Virus record (IMG/VR): IMGVR_UViG_2529293147_000015
Length of the DNA: 49,846 nt
Source: a virus
Taxonomy: Duplodnaviria > Heunggongvirae > Uroviricota > Caudoviricetes
Reading direction: 5' to 3' (one strand)
The notes beneath the pieces were generated by a model. It made no database searches. It worked only from the letters and a program-made list of their open reading frames with translations, and was not told the origin of the DNA. Positions 40,117 through 49,139 of the stretch are shown here, piece by piece. How positions within the stretch are numbered: the first letter of the stretch is position 1; every line of letters starts with the position of its first letter. The translations under genes and the position numbers were made by a program.

Positions 40117-41193
40117 TTACCCCCTGAAGCCCGGCGGAATTTCGTTATCCGGTTCAGAAATATGATTCACACAACGCTGGTTGTTCGTGCCGCTTACCGG
40201 GAGCAACCAGGGGTTCTCAAAATTCCGGTCCGGTCCAAAAAACGTCGTCGCTCGCTGAACAAATTCCGTTCCCGTTTTCCCGGTAGCCGCCAAGTATCTT
40301 GCGTAACGCCTCACGCCATCCAGCATGGCCTCTGGTGGCACCCCCTCGCGTAATCTGGCCTTCCAGGCACTGAAAGCGGATTTCTTCGGGTTTGCCCCAG
40401 CACGCAACGGGTACTCCCGCCAGACCTGTTCGAACACATCCGGATAATCCACTCGTCCCACAGACTGCCCGGTGTTTTCCGGGACTACCCGATCGGCTTC
40501 CCGCTGAATGGCGGAATCGGCTTCAGGGTGCTGCAGTTGGTGTGATTGCTCCGCCCTTGCGGTCATCACCTGCTGCACAGCGCCCGAATCGGCTTTCAGC
40601 GCATACGCTGAATCGGCTTCCGGTGTCGTGCCTGCTGGCTGACCAAGATTGACGGTCTGAACATCCCCTGCCTGGTTCGTGGCGTTTTTTACGCCATGGA
40701 CCATAGTGTTTTGATCTTCTTGATCTGTATCTTTATCTGTATCTTTATCTGTCGTGACTCGTCGTGACATGTGCGTGACATTTCGTGACGCGCCGTGACA
40801 ATCGCCATTTTGTTCCCGCTTTCTTTCCCTCTCTCGCTGCGCCCTCTTGCGCTCTGCAGGAGATTTTGCGGTTTGCGAAATATTGCCGTTGTCCTCTTTA
40901 AGCACCTGGCGTTTTTCCCATCCAGTGATTAAATCACCATCAAGTACCCGCCCCTGCATCGTCTGCAAAATTGAATCAATTACCTCTTCTGTCACGTCGA
41001 GCGCACTTGCCAAATCTTCTGTCGTGACATCAATGTGACCTCGCGTGACATTTCGTGACGCGCTCACCAGGAGGTGGATATACACTGCCATCACTGTTGC
41101 AATTGGCTGCCCTGACACCCTGGCAATTGTTCGCCACTTAGGGTCATTTGGCATGTCATGCCATAATCTGAGCCAGGCGTTAGCCATACTCAC
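40117..41193 (-). CDS. Replication initiation protein (YdaU/DUF1376-like) with internal iterons
   Basis: 358-aa ORF in the O-gene position after Cro-like and YdaT-like genes; internal CGTGAC iterons. Confidence 0.55.
   Translation of the reverse strand: MSMANAWLRLWHDMPNDPKWRTIARVSGQPIATVMAVYIHLLVSASRNVTRGHIDVTTEDLASALDVTEEVIDSILQTMQGRVLDGDLITGWEKRQVLKEDNGNISQTAKSPAERKRAQRERERKREQNGDCHGASRNVTHMSRRVTTDKDTDKDTDQEDQNTMVHGVKNATNQAGDVQTVNLGQPAGTTPEADSAYALKADSGAVQQVMTARAEQSHQLQHPEADSAIQREADRVVPENTGQSVGRVDYPDVFEQVWREYPLRAGANPKKSAFSAWKARLREGVPPEAMLDGVRRYARYLAATGKTGTEFVQRATTFFGPDRNFENPWLLPVSGTNNQRCVNHISEPDNEIPPGFRG
40721..40806. repeat. Putative replication origin iterons, cluster 1
   Basis: Five CGTGAC copies at ~10-11 bp spacing (40753, 40763, 40774, 40785, 40795) preceded by tandem TATCTTTATCTG. 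Confidence 0.55.
41018..41064. repeat. Putative replication origin iterons, cluster 2
   Basis: CGTGAC repeated at 41023, 41044, 41055; CGTGACATTTCGTGACGCGC shared with cluster 1. Confidence 0.5.
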
Positions 41194-41258
41194 CTCTTTT
41201 GATACCGAATCTTTTTACTCACAAATTGCCGGAAGTGATCCGGTATGAATATTGCGAG

Positions 41259-41684
41259 TCAATGCACAGCCACAATATTTCCTGCAGGGCCACCACGATT
41301 CATCTGGTTGAAACCAGCGATCGCCACTGCGACAAAATCATCAGCGTCTCTCACCAGCCGTTCCCGCGTCTCCACCAGCTCCCGAAACCAGGCTGAACTG
41401 TGGCTGCGCATTCGGGCCACCAGCAGAGGCGGCATTGCTTTTTCGATAGCTGGTAACAACGCCTGAATTTTTTTAACCGCATCAGGGGTGTCTTTCTCCA
41501 CCCAGCGGAAAATTTTCTGAGTATTGCGAGCCAGGGCTTCCGGATGGCTGTCGTTATACAGTTCCGGGAACGTCATTCCCAGCTCGAAATACGCTTTGGT
41601 AATTTTCGCAGCCGGAACTTTTTCACCGTCCGGATGCGCCCAGGCATTCATCGCCATGCGGATGTGTTCATGCTTGATTTTCAT
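41259..41684 (-). CDS. YdaT-like protein (CII-like regulator position)
   Basis: 141-aa ORF MKIKHEHI... immediately downstream of the Cro-like gene. Confidence 0.5.
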   Translation of the reverse strand: MKIKHEHIRMAMNAWAHPDGEKVPAAKITKAYFELGMTFPELYNDSHPEALARNTQKIFRWVEKDTPDAVKKIQALLPAIEKAMPPLLVARMRSHSSAWFRELVETRERLVRDADDFVAVAIAGFNQMNRGGPAGNIVAVH

Positions 41685-41983
41685 GAATCAACTCCATCAG
41701 ATAAGCATGCACTACAATCACCTTCAGCATGAACTACATGTGTTTGCCCCAAACGAATGCCGCTCGCATACTCAGGCCAAATAAGCTCCCAATCATGGGG
41801 TCGTAGCTCCGCCCTACTTACTTGGCCTTCCGTCGCAGATTCGATCATAAGGGCGCGTGTTGGAGATATAGCTGCTCGTCCAGACGCCATTTGCGATAAG
41901 TAAGATGGCGATACACCAAGTCTGGCTGCGAATTTCTTAGCATCACCAACCCTCAATGATTTAATAAACTCTTTTAATGTCAT
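41681..41983 (-). CDS. Cro-like HTH regulator (YdaS-like)
   Basis: HTH segment AKKFAARLGVSPSYLSQMASGR; divergent from the repressor gene. Confidence 0.6.
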   Translation of the reverse strand: MTLKEFIKSLRVGDAKKFAARLGVSPSYLSQMASGRAAISPTRALMIESATEGQVSRAELRPHDWELIWPEYASGIRLGQTHVVHAEGDCSACLSDGVDS

Positions 41984-41991
41984 ACCTTCCT

Positions 41992-42070
41992 CGGTTTAGT
42001 GTTTTTTTTGAGAGTTTAGTGTTTAATAAACCATTAAGTCAAGTATTTGCTTGTTTAGTGATTACTAAAG
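41992..42070. promoter_or_regulatory. OR-like operator and divergent promoter region
   Basis: Three GTTTAGTG copies (41994, 42015, 42053) and palindrome GTTTAATAAAC between the divergent Cro-like and repressor genes. Confidence 0.5.
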
Positions 42071-42081
42071 ATAATTACCAC

Positions 42082-42453
42082 ATGCAAAAAAAAGAAATTC
42101 GCCGTTTACGTCTCAAGGAGTGGTTTAAAGATAAAACTCTGCCACCCAAAGAGAAGAGCTACCTATCTCAACTAATGAGTGGGAGAGCCTCGTTTGGAGA
42201 AAAGGCTGCCAGAAGAATAGAGCAAACATACGGGATGCCGGAAGGGTATCTGGATGCGGAATACGCAGAACAACCGGAGGTTTCTCCACCACATGCAGGG
42301 TTAACGTCTAATCAACTGGAATTATTGCAGATTTTTTCAGCCTTCCCTGAGGATGAGCAACGCCAGATAATCAGCGAGTTAAAGCAGAAAAAAGAATCAA
42401 TGGAAGATCTCATAGCGAGATGGATTGCGGCGCAAAAATGCCGCCGCGCCTGA
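42082..42453 (+). CDS. Prophage repressor / regulator (RacR- or PaaR-like)
   Basis: ORF from MQKKEIRRLRLKEW...; divergent to the Cro-like gene and upstream of the TA pair. Confidence 0.55.
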   Translation: MQKKEIRRLRLKEWFKDKTLPPKEKSYLSQLMSGRASFGEKAARRIEQTYGMPEGYLDAEYAEQPEVSPPHAGLTSNQLELLQIFSAFPEDEQRQIISELKQKKESMEDLIARWIAAQKCRRA

Positions 42454-42473
42454 GTTATAAAACCGGAGGAAAC

Positions 42474-42665
42474 ATGAATAGAGCCCTTTCACCAATGGTT
42501 TCTGAATTTGAAACCATTGAACAAGAAAACAGTTACAACGAATGGCTGCGTGCAAAAGTAGCAACGAGCCTTGCAGATCCACGCCCAGCAATTCCCCATG
42601 ACGAAGTTGAGCGCAGAATGGCAGAACGCTTTGCTAAAATGCGCAAGGAACGGAGCAAGCAGTAA
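42474..42665 (+). CDS. Type II antitoxin (small, PaaA/ParD-like)
   Basis: 63-aa ORF MNRALSPMVSEFETIEQENSYNEWLRAK..., RBS GGAGGA, stop 1 nt before the toxin start. Confidence 0.6.
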   Translation: MNRALSPMVSEFETIEQENSYNEWLRAKVATSLADPRPAIPHDEVERRMAERFAKMRKERSKQ

Positions 42666-42666
42666 A

Positions 42667-42945
42667 ATGTTACCCGTGTTATGGCTTGAAAGCGCAGATA
42701 CCGACCTAGATGATATAACTAGTTATATTGCTCGTTTCGACATAGATGCGGCTGAACGCTTATGGCAGCGATTAAGGGGTTGTGTGCTGCCGTTATCCGA
42801 ACATCCGTATTTATACCCACCAAGCGACAGAGTACCTGGCTTGCGTGAGATTGTAGCCCACCCTAACTATATAATTCTATACCGCGTAACAACATCAAGC
42901 GTTGAAGTAGTAAACGTGATCCACGCAAGACGCCAGTTTCCCTAA
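42667..42945 (+). CDS. ParE/RelE-family toxin
   Basis: 92-aa ORF MLPVLWLESADTDLDDITSYIA... ending ...ILYRVTTSSVEVVNVIHARRQFP. Confidence 0.7.
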   Translation: MLPVLWLESADTDLDDITSYIARFDIDAAERLWQRLRGCVLPLSEHPYLYPPSDRVPGLREIVAHPNYIILYRVTTSSVEVVNVIHARRQFP

Positions 42946-43013
42946 CTTTCACTACCAATAGAAACATAACAACCGCAACGACTTTATCAAAAGCGTTGTG
43001 TTTGTTACGCCCT

Positions 43014-43066
43014 GCGGTTTAGTTTTTACTTGACTTAAGTTTAATGTTTATTAAACTAAAAATATC
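43014..43066. promoter_or_regulatory. OL-like operator region
   Basis: Inverted copy of the OR sequence (TTAATAAAC, TTAAGTCAAG shared) upstream of the plus-strand early-left genes. Confidence 0.45.
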
Positions 43067-43155
43067 AACCCACCCCGCCCCACATAATGCAGGGCAATAC
43101 TTCGAGTTACCAGGCAGTGGTCAGGGGTTAAGTAGCCAGCCCGAGGCGTAAGAAC

Positions 43156-43392
43156 ATGACGGCAGGGTTCAACTTTAATAACTATGCAGCAGGTTTTTGT
43201 TCCGCTACCCCGGCGTTAAGGGGAAATGAGGTCAGCATGGATACTATCGATCTTGGCAACAGCGAATCTCTGGTATGTGGCGTGTTCCCCAACCAGGACG
43301 GTACGTTCACCGCGATGACGTATACCAAAAGCAAAACGTTTAAAACCGAAAATGGTGCCCGTCGCTGGCTGGAAAGAAACTCAGGTGAGTGA
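43156..43392 (+). CDS. Hypothetical early-left protein
   Basis: 78-aa ORF, first gene after OL. Confidence 0.35.
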   Translation: MTAGFNFNNYAAGFCSATPALRGNEVSMDTIDLGNSESLVCGVFPNQDGTFTAMTYTKSKTFKTENGARRWLERNSGE

Positions 43393-43393
43393 T

Positions 43394-43522
43394 ATGGATT
43401 TCGACACAATCATGGAAAAGGCTTACGAAGAATACTTCGAAGGTCTTGCCGAAGGCGAAGAAGCTCTCAGCTTCAACGAATTTAAACAGGCGCTTTCCAG
43501 TTCGGCAAAATCTAACGGCTGA
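43394..43522 (+). CDS. Small acidic protein (42 aa)
   Basis: ATG 2 nt after the upstream stop; MDFDTIMEKAYEEYFEGLAEGEEALSFNEFKQALSSSAKSNG; below ORF-track cutoff. Confidence 0.3.
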   Translation: MDFDTIMEKAYEEYFEGLAEGEEALSFNEFKQALSSSAKSNG

Positions 43523-43551
43523 TAAGCGAAACAGCACCGCGAGGAATCAGT

Positions 43552-43767
43552 ATGCAGAAACGAGAACCCGTCATCATCGCGCCAGACTATACCGATGATG
43601 AACTTTATGAGTGGATGCACCAGAAAATTAATGCAGCGCAGGATCTGAAATGGGCCAATGAAGCTAGGGCTAAGCAGGCTGAAAATCTGTCCGCTCTGGA
43701 GCAGGATATCACCAATCTGGAAAAAGCAGCAGCATTAAGCATTGCCAGAATGATTACAGGTTGGTAA
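43552..43767 (+). CDS. Hypothetical early-left protein
   Basis: 71-aa ORF, coiled-coil-like C-terminus. Confidence 0.4.
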   Translation: MQKREPVIIAPDYTDDELYEWMHQKINAAQDLKWANEARAKQAENLSALEQDITNLEKAAALSIARMITGW

Positions 43768-43777
43768 TAAAGGAGTT

Positions 43778-43829
43778 CTCCACGGGTGAGGTGGAGTGCG
43801 TGTGCCGGACACGGGTGAGCATCCGGCAC
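43778..43829 (+). ncRNA. Tandem stem-loops sharing CACGGGTGAG (candidate structured RNA or protein-binding element)
   Basis: Hairpin 1 CTCCAC-gggtgag-GTGGAG (43778..43796); hairpin 2 GTGCCGGA-cacgggtgagca-TCCGGCAC (43802..43829). Confidence 0.3.
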
Positions 43830-44306
43830 TGACAGTTTACTGAAAGGATATTTCCCTGAAAAGTCAGACCATAACGCGAAAGCGCACGGCGAGGTAGCTG
43901 GTTCATAGATAGCCTGTCGTTAAATTTTCGTCGACCGTGCGCTTCCGGTTGTGGCAATCCGCGAAATGGCGCGGCGGTAAGTATGGCGGGGTTATTCCTT
44001 CCCCCGTTGAGGACACCGGGTTGTCAGGTTGACCATACGCTTAAGTGACAACCCCGCTGCAACGCCCTCTGTTATCAATTTTCTGGTGACGTTTGGCGGT
44101 ATCAGTTTTACTCCGTGACTGCTCTGCCGCCCTTTTTAAAGTGAATTTTGTGATGTGGTGAATGCGGCTGAGCGCACGCGGAACAGTTAAAACCAAAAAC
44201 AGTGTTATGGGTGGATTCTCTGTATCCGGCGTTAATTGTTAACTGGTTAACGTCACCTGGAGGCACCAGGCACCGCATCACAAAATTCATTGTTGAGGAC
44301 GCGATA

Positions 44307-44495
44307 ATGAAAACGTTATTACCAAACGTTAATACGTCTGAAGGTTGTTTTGAAATTGGTGTCACTATCAGTAACCCAGTATTTACTGAAGATGCCATTA
44401 ACAAGAGAAAACAAGAAGGGGAGCTATTAAATAAAATATGCATTGTTTCAATGCTGGCTCGTTTACGTCTGATGCCAAAAGGATGTGCACAATGA
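44307..44495 (+). CDS. Small hypothetical protein
   Basis: 62-aa ORF from MKTLLPNVNTSEG..., RBS GAGGA. Confidence 0.35.
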   Translation: MKTLLPNVNTSEGCFEIGVTISNPVFTEDAINKRKQEGELLNKICIVSMLARLRLMPKGCAQ

Positions 44496-44683
44496 ATTCA
44501 GCATTTGCGCTTGTTCTGACAGTTTATCTTGTTTCCGGAGAGCCAGTTGATATTGCAGTCAGTGTTCACAGGACAATGCAGGAGTGTATGACTGCAGCAA
44601 CCGAACAGAAAATTCCCGGTAACTGTTACCCGGTCGATAAAGTTATTCACCAGGATAATAACGAAATCCCGGCAGGTCTTTAA
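44492..44683 (+). CDS. Small secreted or membrane protein
   Basis: 63-aa ORF MNSAFALVLTVYLVSG... with signal-peptide-like N-terminus; ATGA overlap with the upstream gene. Confidence 0.4.
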   Translation: MNSAFALVLTVYLVSGEPVDIAVSVHRTMQECMTAATEQKIPGNCYPVDKVIHQDNNEIPAGL

Positions 44684-44775
44684 AACAGTTCCGTAATAAA
44701 TATCCGGTTTCATTCTTATATGCCAGCAATGGCAGGGATTTATTCACCCTTAAATCTGTAATGAGGTAAAACAAA

Positions 44776-47247
44776 ATGAGTAAAGTCTTTATTTGCGCCG
44801 CCATTCCGGACGAACAGGCAATAAAGGAAGAAGGTGCAGTCGCTGTAGCCACAGCCATTGAAGCTGGCGACGAACGCCGTGCTCGAGCAAAATTTCACTG
44901 GCAATTCCTGGAGCATTATCCGGCTGCTCAGGACTGCGCTTATAAATTTCTTGTTTGCGAGGATAAACCCGGTATACCCCGCCCTGCCCTCGATTCCTGG
45001 GATGCTGAATATATGCAGGAAAACCGCTGGGATGAGGAGTCTGCTTCCTTTGTCCCGGTTGAGACTGAATCAGATCCGATGAACGTCACTTTTGACAAGC
45101 TGGCCCCTGAAGTACAGAACGCTGTCATGGTTAAGTTCGACACATGTGAAAACATCACCGTTGATATGATTATTAGCGCGCAGGAATTGTTGCAGGAAGA
45201 CATGGCAACATTCGACGGACATATCGTTGAAGCGTTGATGAAAATGCCAGAAGTTAACGCCATGTATCCGGAGCTTAAGTTGCACGCCATTGGGTGGGTT
45301 AAGCATAAATGTATTCCTAGTGCTAAATGGCCCGAAATTCAGGCAGAGATGCGCATCTGGAAAAAACGTCGCGAAGGTGAACGCAAGGAAACCGGAAAAT
45401 ACACGTCTGTTGTTGATCTCGCCCGCGCCAGAACCAATCAACAGTACACTGAAAATTCAACAGGAAAAATCTGCCCGGTCATTGCTGCCATTCATCGCGA
45501 ATACAAGCAGACATGGAAAACACTGGATGACGAACTGGCCTACGCTCTCTGGCCTGGTGATGTGGGTGCCGGAAACATTGACGGCAGCATCCATCGCTGG
45601 GCAAAAAAAGAAGTTATCGACAACGACCGCGAAGACTGGAAGCGTATCTCGGCATCAATGCGCAAACAGCCTGATGCCCTTCGCTACGACCGCCAAACTA
45701 TTTTTGGCCTTGTCCGTGAGCGTCCGATCGACATTCACAAAGATCCCGTAGCACTGAACAAATATATCTGCGAATACCTGACGACAAAGGGCGCGTTTGA
45801 GAATGAAGAAACAGACCTGGGCACTGTTGATGTTCTCCAGTCATCAGAAACACAAACTGATGCAGTGGAAACTGAGGTATCTGATATCCCAAAAAATGAA
45901 ACCGCGCCGGAAGCTGAACCATCTGTAGAGCGTGAGGGGCCGTTCTATTTCCTCTTCGCAGATAAGGACGGAGAAAAATACGGTCGCGCAAACAAACTTT
46001 CTGGTCTGGATAAGGCACTGGCTGCTGGCGCCACTGAAATCACAAAAGAAGAATATTTTGCCCGAAAAAATGGCACATACACGGGCTTACCGCAAAATGT
46101 AGATACCGCTGAAGATTCAGAACAACCAGAGCCGATAAAAGTTACCGCTGACGAAGTAAACAAAATTATGCAGGCAGCCAATATCAGCCAGCCTGACGCC
46201 GATAAGTTGCTTGCTGCATCACGTGGTGAATTTGTTGAAGGGATTAGTGACCCGAATGATCCGAAATGGGTTAAGGGGATCCAGACCCGCGATTCTGTGA
46301 ACCAGAACCAGCATGAATCGGAACGGAACTACCAAAAAGCGGAACAAAACAGTCCAAATGCGTTACAAAACGAGCCAGAAACGAAACAGCCTGAACCAGT
46401 GGCGCAACAGGAAGTGGAAAAAGCCTGCACCGCTTGCGGTCAGACCGGCGGCGGCAACTGCCCTGATTGTGGCGCGGTGATGGGCGACGCAACATACCAA
46501 GAAACATTCGATGAAGAGTATCAGGTTGAAGTTCAGGAAGATGATCCGGAGGAAATGGAAGGCGCTGAACATCCACACAAGGAGAACACTGGCGGCAATC
46601 AGCATCACAATAGCGATAATGAAACTGGCGAGACGGCAGATCACCCAATTAAGGTGAACGGTCATCACGAAATCACATCCACCAGCAGGACGTGTGACCA
46701 TCTAATGATCGACCTTGAAACCATGGGAAAAAATCCTGATGCCCCGATCATCTCAATAGGTGCAATATTTTTCGATCCGCAAACCGGAGATATGGGACCG
46801 GAATTTAGTAAGACTATCGATCTGGAAACTGCTGGCGGAGTCATTGATCGGGACACCATTAAATGGTGGCTTAAGCAATCACGCGAAGCGCAATCTGCCA
46901 TTATGACCGATGAAATCCCGTTAGATGATGCACTGTTACAATTGCGGGAATTTATCGACGAAAACTCCGGTGAATTTTTTGTTCATGTCTGGGGAAATGG
47001 AGCCAACTTCGACAACACGATTTTGCGCCGTTCATACGAACGGCAGGGGATCCCCTGCCCGTGGCGTTACTACAACGATCGCGATGTACGCACAATCGTT
47101 GAGCTGGGGAAAGCCATAGACTTCGATGCCAGAACGGCTATTCCATTCGAAGGTGAGCGCCATAATGCACTTGATGACGCCCGTTACCAGGCAAAATACG
47201 TTTCAGTTATCTGGCAAAAACTGATCCCGAGTCAGGCTGATTCTTAA
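44776..47247 (+). CDS. Prophage exonuclease with C-terminal DnaQ-like (DEDD) 3'-5' exonuclease domain
   Basis: 823 aa; C-terminal motifs DLETMG, HVWGNGANFDNTIL, HNALDDARYQA; sits in the exo/recE position upstream of xis-int. Confidence 0.7.
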   Translation: MSKVFICAAIPDEQAIKEEGAVAVATAIEAGDERRARAKFHWQFLEHYPAAQDCAYKFLVCEDKPGIPRPALDSWDAEYMQENRWDEESASFVPVETESDPMNVTFDKLAPEVQNAVMVKFDTCENITVDMIISAQELLQEDMATFDGHIVEALMKMPEVNAMYPELKLHAIGWVKHKCIPSAKWPEIQAEMRIWKKRREGERKETGKYTSVVDLARARTNQQYTENSTGKICPVIAAIHREYKQTWKTLDDELAYALWPGDVGAGNIDGSIHRWAKKEVIDNDREDWKRISASMRKQPDALRYDRQTIFGLVRERPIDIHKDPVALNKYICEYLTTKGAFENEETDLGTVDVLQSSETQTDAVETEVSDIPKNETAPEAEPSVEREGPFYFLFADKDGEKYGRANKLSGLDKALAAGATEITKEEYFARKNGTYTGLPQNVDTAEDSEQPEPIKVTADEVNKIMQAANISQPDADKLLAASRGEFVEGISDPNDPKWVKGIQTRDSVNQNQHESERNYQKAEQNSPNALQNEPETKQPEPVAQQEVEKACTACGQTGGGNCPDCGAVMGDATYQETFDEEYQVEVQEDDPEEMEGAEHPHKENTGGNQHHNSDNETGETADHPIKVNGHHEITSTSRTCDHLMIDLETMGKNPDAPIISIGAIFFDPQTGDMGPEFSKTIDLETAGGVIDRDTIKWWLKQSREAQSAIMTDEIPLDDALLQLREFIDENSGEFFVHVWGNGANFDNTILRRSYERQGIPCPWRYYNDRDVRTIVELGKAIDFDARTAIPFEGERHNALDDARYQAKYVSVIWQKLIPSQADS

Positions 47248-47319
47248 TGTTCAACTGTCGCCGGTTGTGACTGGTATTCTGCAACCGGCGCTCGTCTAAT
47301 GTAAGAGATAAAGAAATCG

Positions 47320-47571
47320 ATGAGCGAAGTAATCATGATTGTCTCTCCCGGCAAATGGGTATCCGAAGAGCAGTTAATTGCGCTGAAAGGAATAAAAAAA
47401 GGTACGTTAAAAAAGGCCCGGGAAAAATCGTTTATGGAAGGAAGGGAATATAAGCATGTCGCTCATGACGGTATGCCATGGGATAACAGCCCATGCTTTT
47501 ACAACCTGGAAGAAATTGATCGCTGGATTGAGCGCCAGGCATCAGCAAGACCAAGACGTCATCTTACTTGA
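47320..47571 (+). CDS. xis: Excisionase (Xis)
   Basis: Small basic ORF immediately upstream of int. Confidence 0.65.
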   Translation: MSEVIMIVSPGKWVSEEQLIALKGIKKGTLKKAREKSFMEGREYKHVAHDGMPWDNSPCFYNLEEIDRWIERQASARPRRHLT

Positions 47572-47590
47572 CTAAAAGCCACACTAACTA

Positions 47591-48886
47591 ATGAGAGAAG
47601 TTGAAATGAAATATCCGACAGGCGTGGAAAACCATGGAGGGAAATTACGTATCTGGTTTGTTTATAAAGGCGTAAGAGTCAGGGAAAACCTGGGGGTTCC
47701 TGACACAGCAAAAAACAGGCGCGTTGCAGGCGAGCTACGCGCCTCTGTTTGTTACGCAATAAAAACTGGTGTTTTCGACTATGCAAAACAGTTTCCCTCC
47801 TCACGCAATCTGGAAAAATTTGGTGAGACCCGACAAGATTTAACCATAAAAGAACTGGCTGAAAAATTTCTGGCACTGAAAGAAACTGAAGTCGCAAAAA
47901 CATCACTCAACACATACCGTGCCGTCATCAAAAATATCCTGAGCATAATCGGTGAAAAAAATCTTGCCTCATCGATTAATAAAGAAAAATTACTGGAGGT
48001 TCGTAAAGAGCTACTGACTGGATACCAGATCCCCAAAAGTAACTATATTGTTACACAACCAGGAAGATCGGCTGTAACTGTAAATAATTACATGACAAAT
48101 CTTAACGCCGTGTTCCAGTTTGGTGTTGATAACGGTTACCTGGCAGATAACCCGTTTAAGGGGATCTCGCCATTAAAGGAATCAAGAACCATTCCGGATC
48201 CTCTTTCGCGGGAGGAATTCATCCGTCTTATCGATGCGTGCAGAAATCAGCAAGCCAAAAATTTATGGTGTGTTTCTGTTTATACTGGCGTTCGCCCTGG
48301 TGAGCTGTGTGCACTTGGATGGGAGGACATAGATCTGAAAAATGGAACAATGATGATCAGGAGAAATTTAGCAAAAGACCGTTTCACGGTACCAAAAACA
48401 CAGGCGGGAACCAATCGGGTCATTCATCTTATTAAGCCAGCAATCGACGCTCTCCGGAGTCAGATGACATTAACGAGACTGAGCAAAGAGCATATCATTG
48501 ATGTTCACCTCAGAGAGTATGGCAGAACAGAAAAACATAAATGCACCTTTGTTTTTCAACCTGAAGTGTCAGCGAGAGTAAAAAATTATGGTGACCATTT
48601 TACCGTTGACTCAATAAGGCAGATGTGGGACGCAGCGATAAAACGTGCCGGACTCCGCCATCGAAAATCATATCAGTCGAGACATACTTATGCCTGCTGG
48701 TCGCTGACAGCTGGTGCTAACCCGGCATTTATAGCAAACCAGATGGGCCATGCAGATGCGCAAATGGTATTTCAGGTATACGGAAAATGGATGTCTGAAA
48801 ACAATAATGCACAGGTAGCTTTGTTAAATACACAGTTAAGCGAGTTTGCCCCAACCATGCCCCATAACGAAGCAATGAAAAATTAA
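47591..48886 (+). CDS. int: Tyrosine integrase (alternative start at 47606, MKYPTG)
   Basis: N-terminal arm-binding-like region GGKLRIWFVYKG; C-terminal catalytic region with HTYACW...GHADAQMVFQVYGKWM. Confidence 0.9.
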   Translation: MREVEMKYPTGVENHGGKLRIWFVYKGVRVRENLGVPDTAKNRRVAGELRASVCYAIKTGVFDYAKQFPSSRNLEKFGETRQDLTIKELAEKFLALKETEVAKTSLNTYRAVIKNILSIIGEKNLASSINKEKLLEVRKELLTGYQIPKSNYIVTQPGRSAVTVNNYMTNLNAVFQFGVDNGYLADNPFKGISPLKESRTIPDPLSREEFIRLIDACRNQQAKNLWCVSVYTGVRPGELCALGWEDIDLKNGTMMIRRNLAKDRFTVPKTQAGTNRVIHLIKPAIDALRSQMTLTRLSKEHIIDVHLREYGRTEKHKCTFVFQPEVSARVKNYGDHFTVDSIRQMWDAAIKRAGLRHRKSYQSRHTYACWSLTAGANPAFIANQMGHADAQMVFQVYGKWMSENNNAQVALLNTQLSEFAPTMPHNEAMKN

Positions 48887-49139
48887 TTTAATATTTATCA
48901 AATAGTTGACACGTATGACTCTTGAAATCCATAATTCACAGATGTTTTTTCTCATTCTGTGGTTTCCTTGGCGCTTTCTAGGTTTTTTCAGATAGTTACA
49001 TTTTTTCAAAAGCATCCTGAGTTCGATCTTACTATCTATCTGTGGCCTATTTCTGTCCCATATATGCCCCAAAAAACACCCCAACAGATAAGCAATCTTT
49101 TCATGGTGTTACGCGTAAAAACAATAACGGCTTGAAATT

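Larger units (their letters stand above)
1..49100 (-). mobile_element. Lambdoid prophage (lambda-like late genes, Rac-like early region); left end outside window, int-proximal end ~48.9-49.1 kb
   Basis: Complete co-linear set int-xis-exo / repressor / replication / nin-Q / lysis / cos-terminase / head / tail / tail fibre in canonical prophage order. Confidence 0.85.

Noticed and set aside
40727-40750. Short tandem repeat TATCTTTATCTG that could suggest a CRISPR-like array
   Set aside because: Only about two copies, no spacers, and it lies inside a coding region; fits an origin-associated repeat
41977-42081. Longer 158-aa version of the repressor ORF starting at 41977
   Set aside because: The N-terminal extension would be translated across the operator repeat region and is hydrophobic low-complexity; the internal ATG at 42082 is more plausible, but this is unresolved
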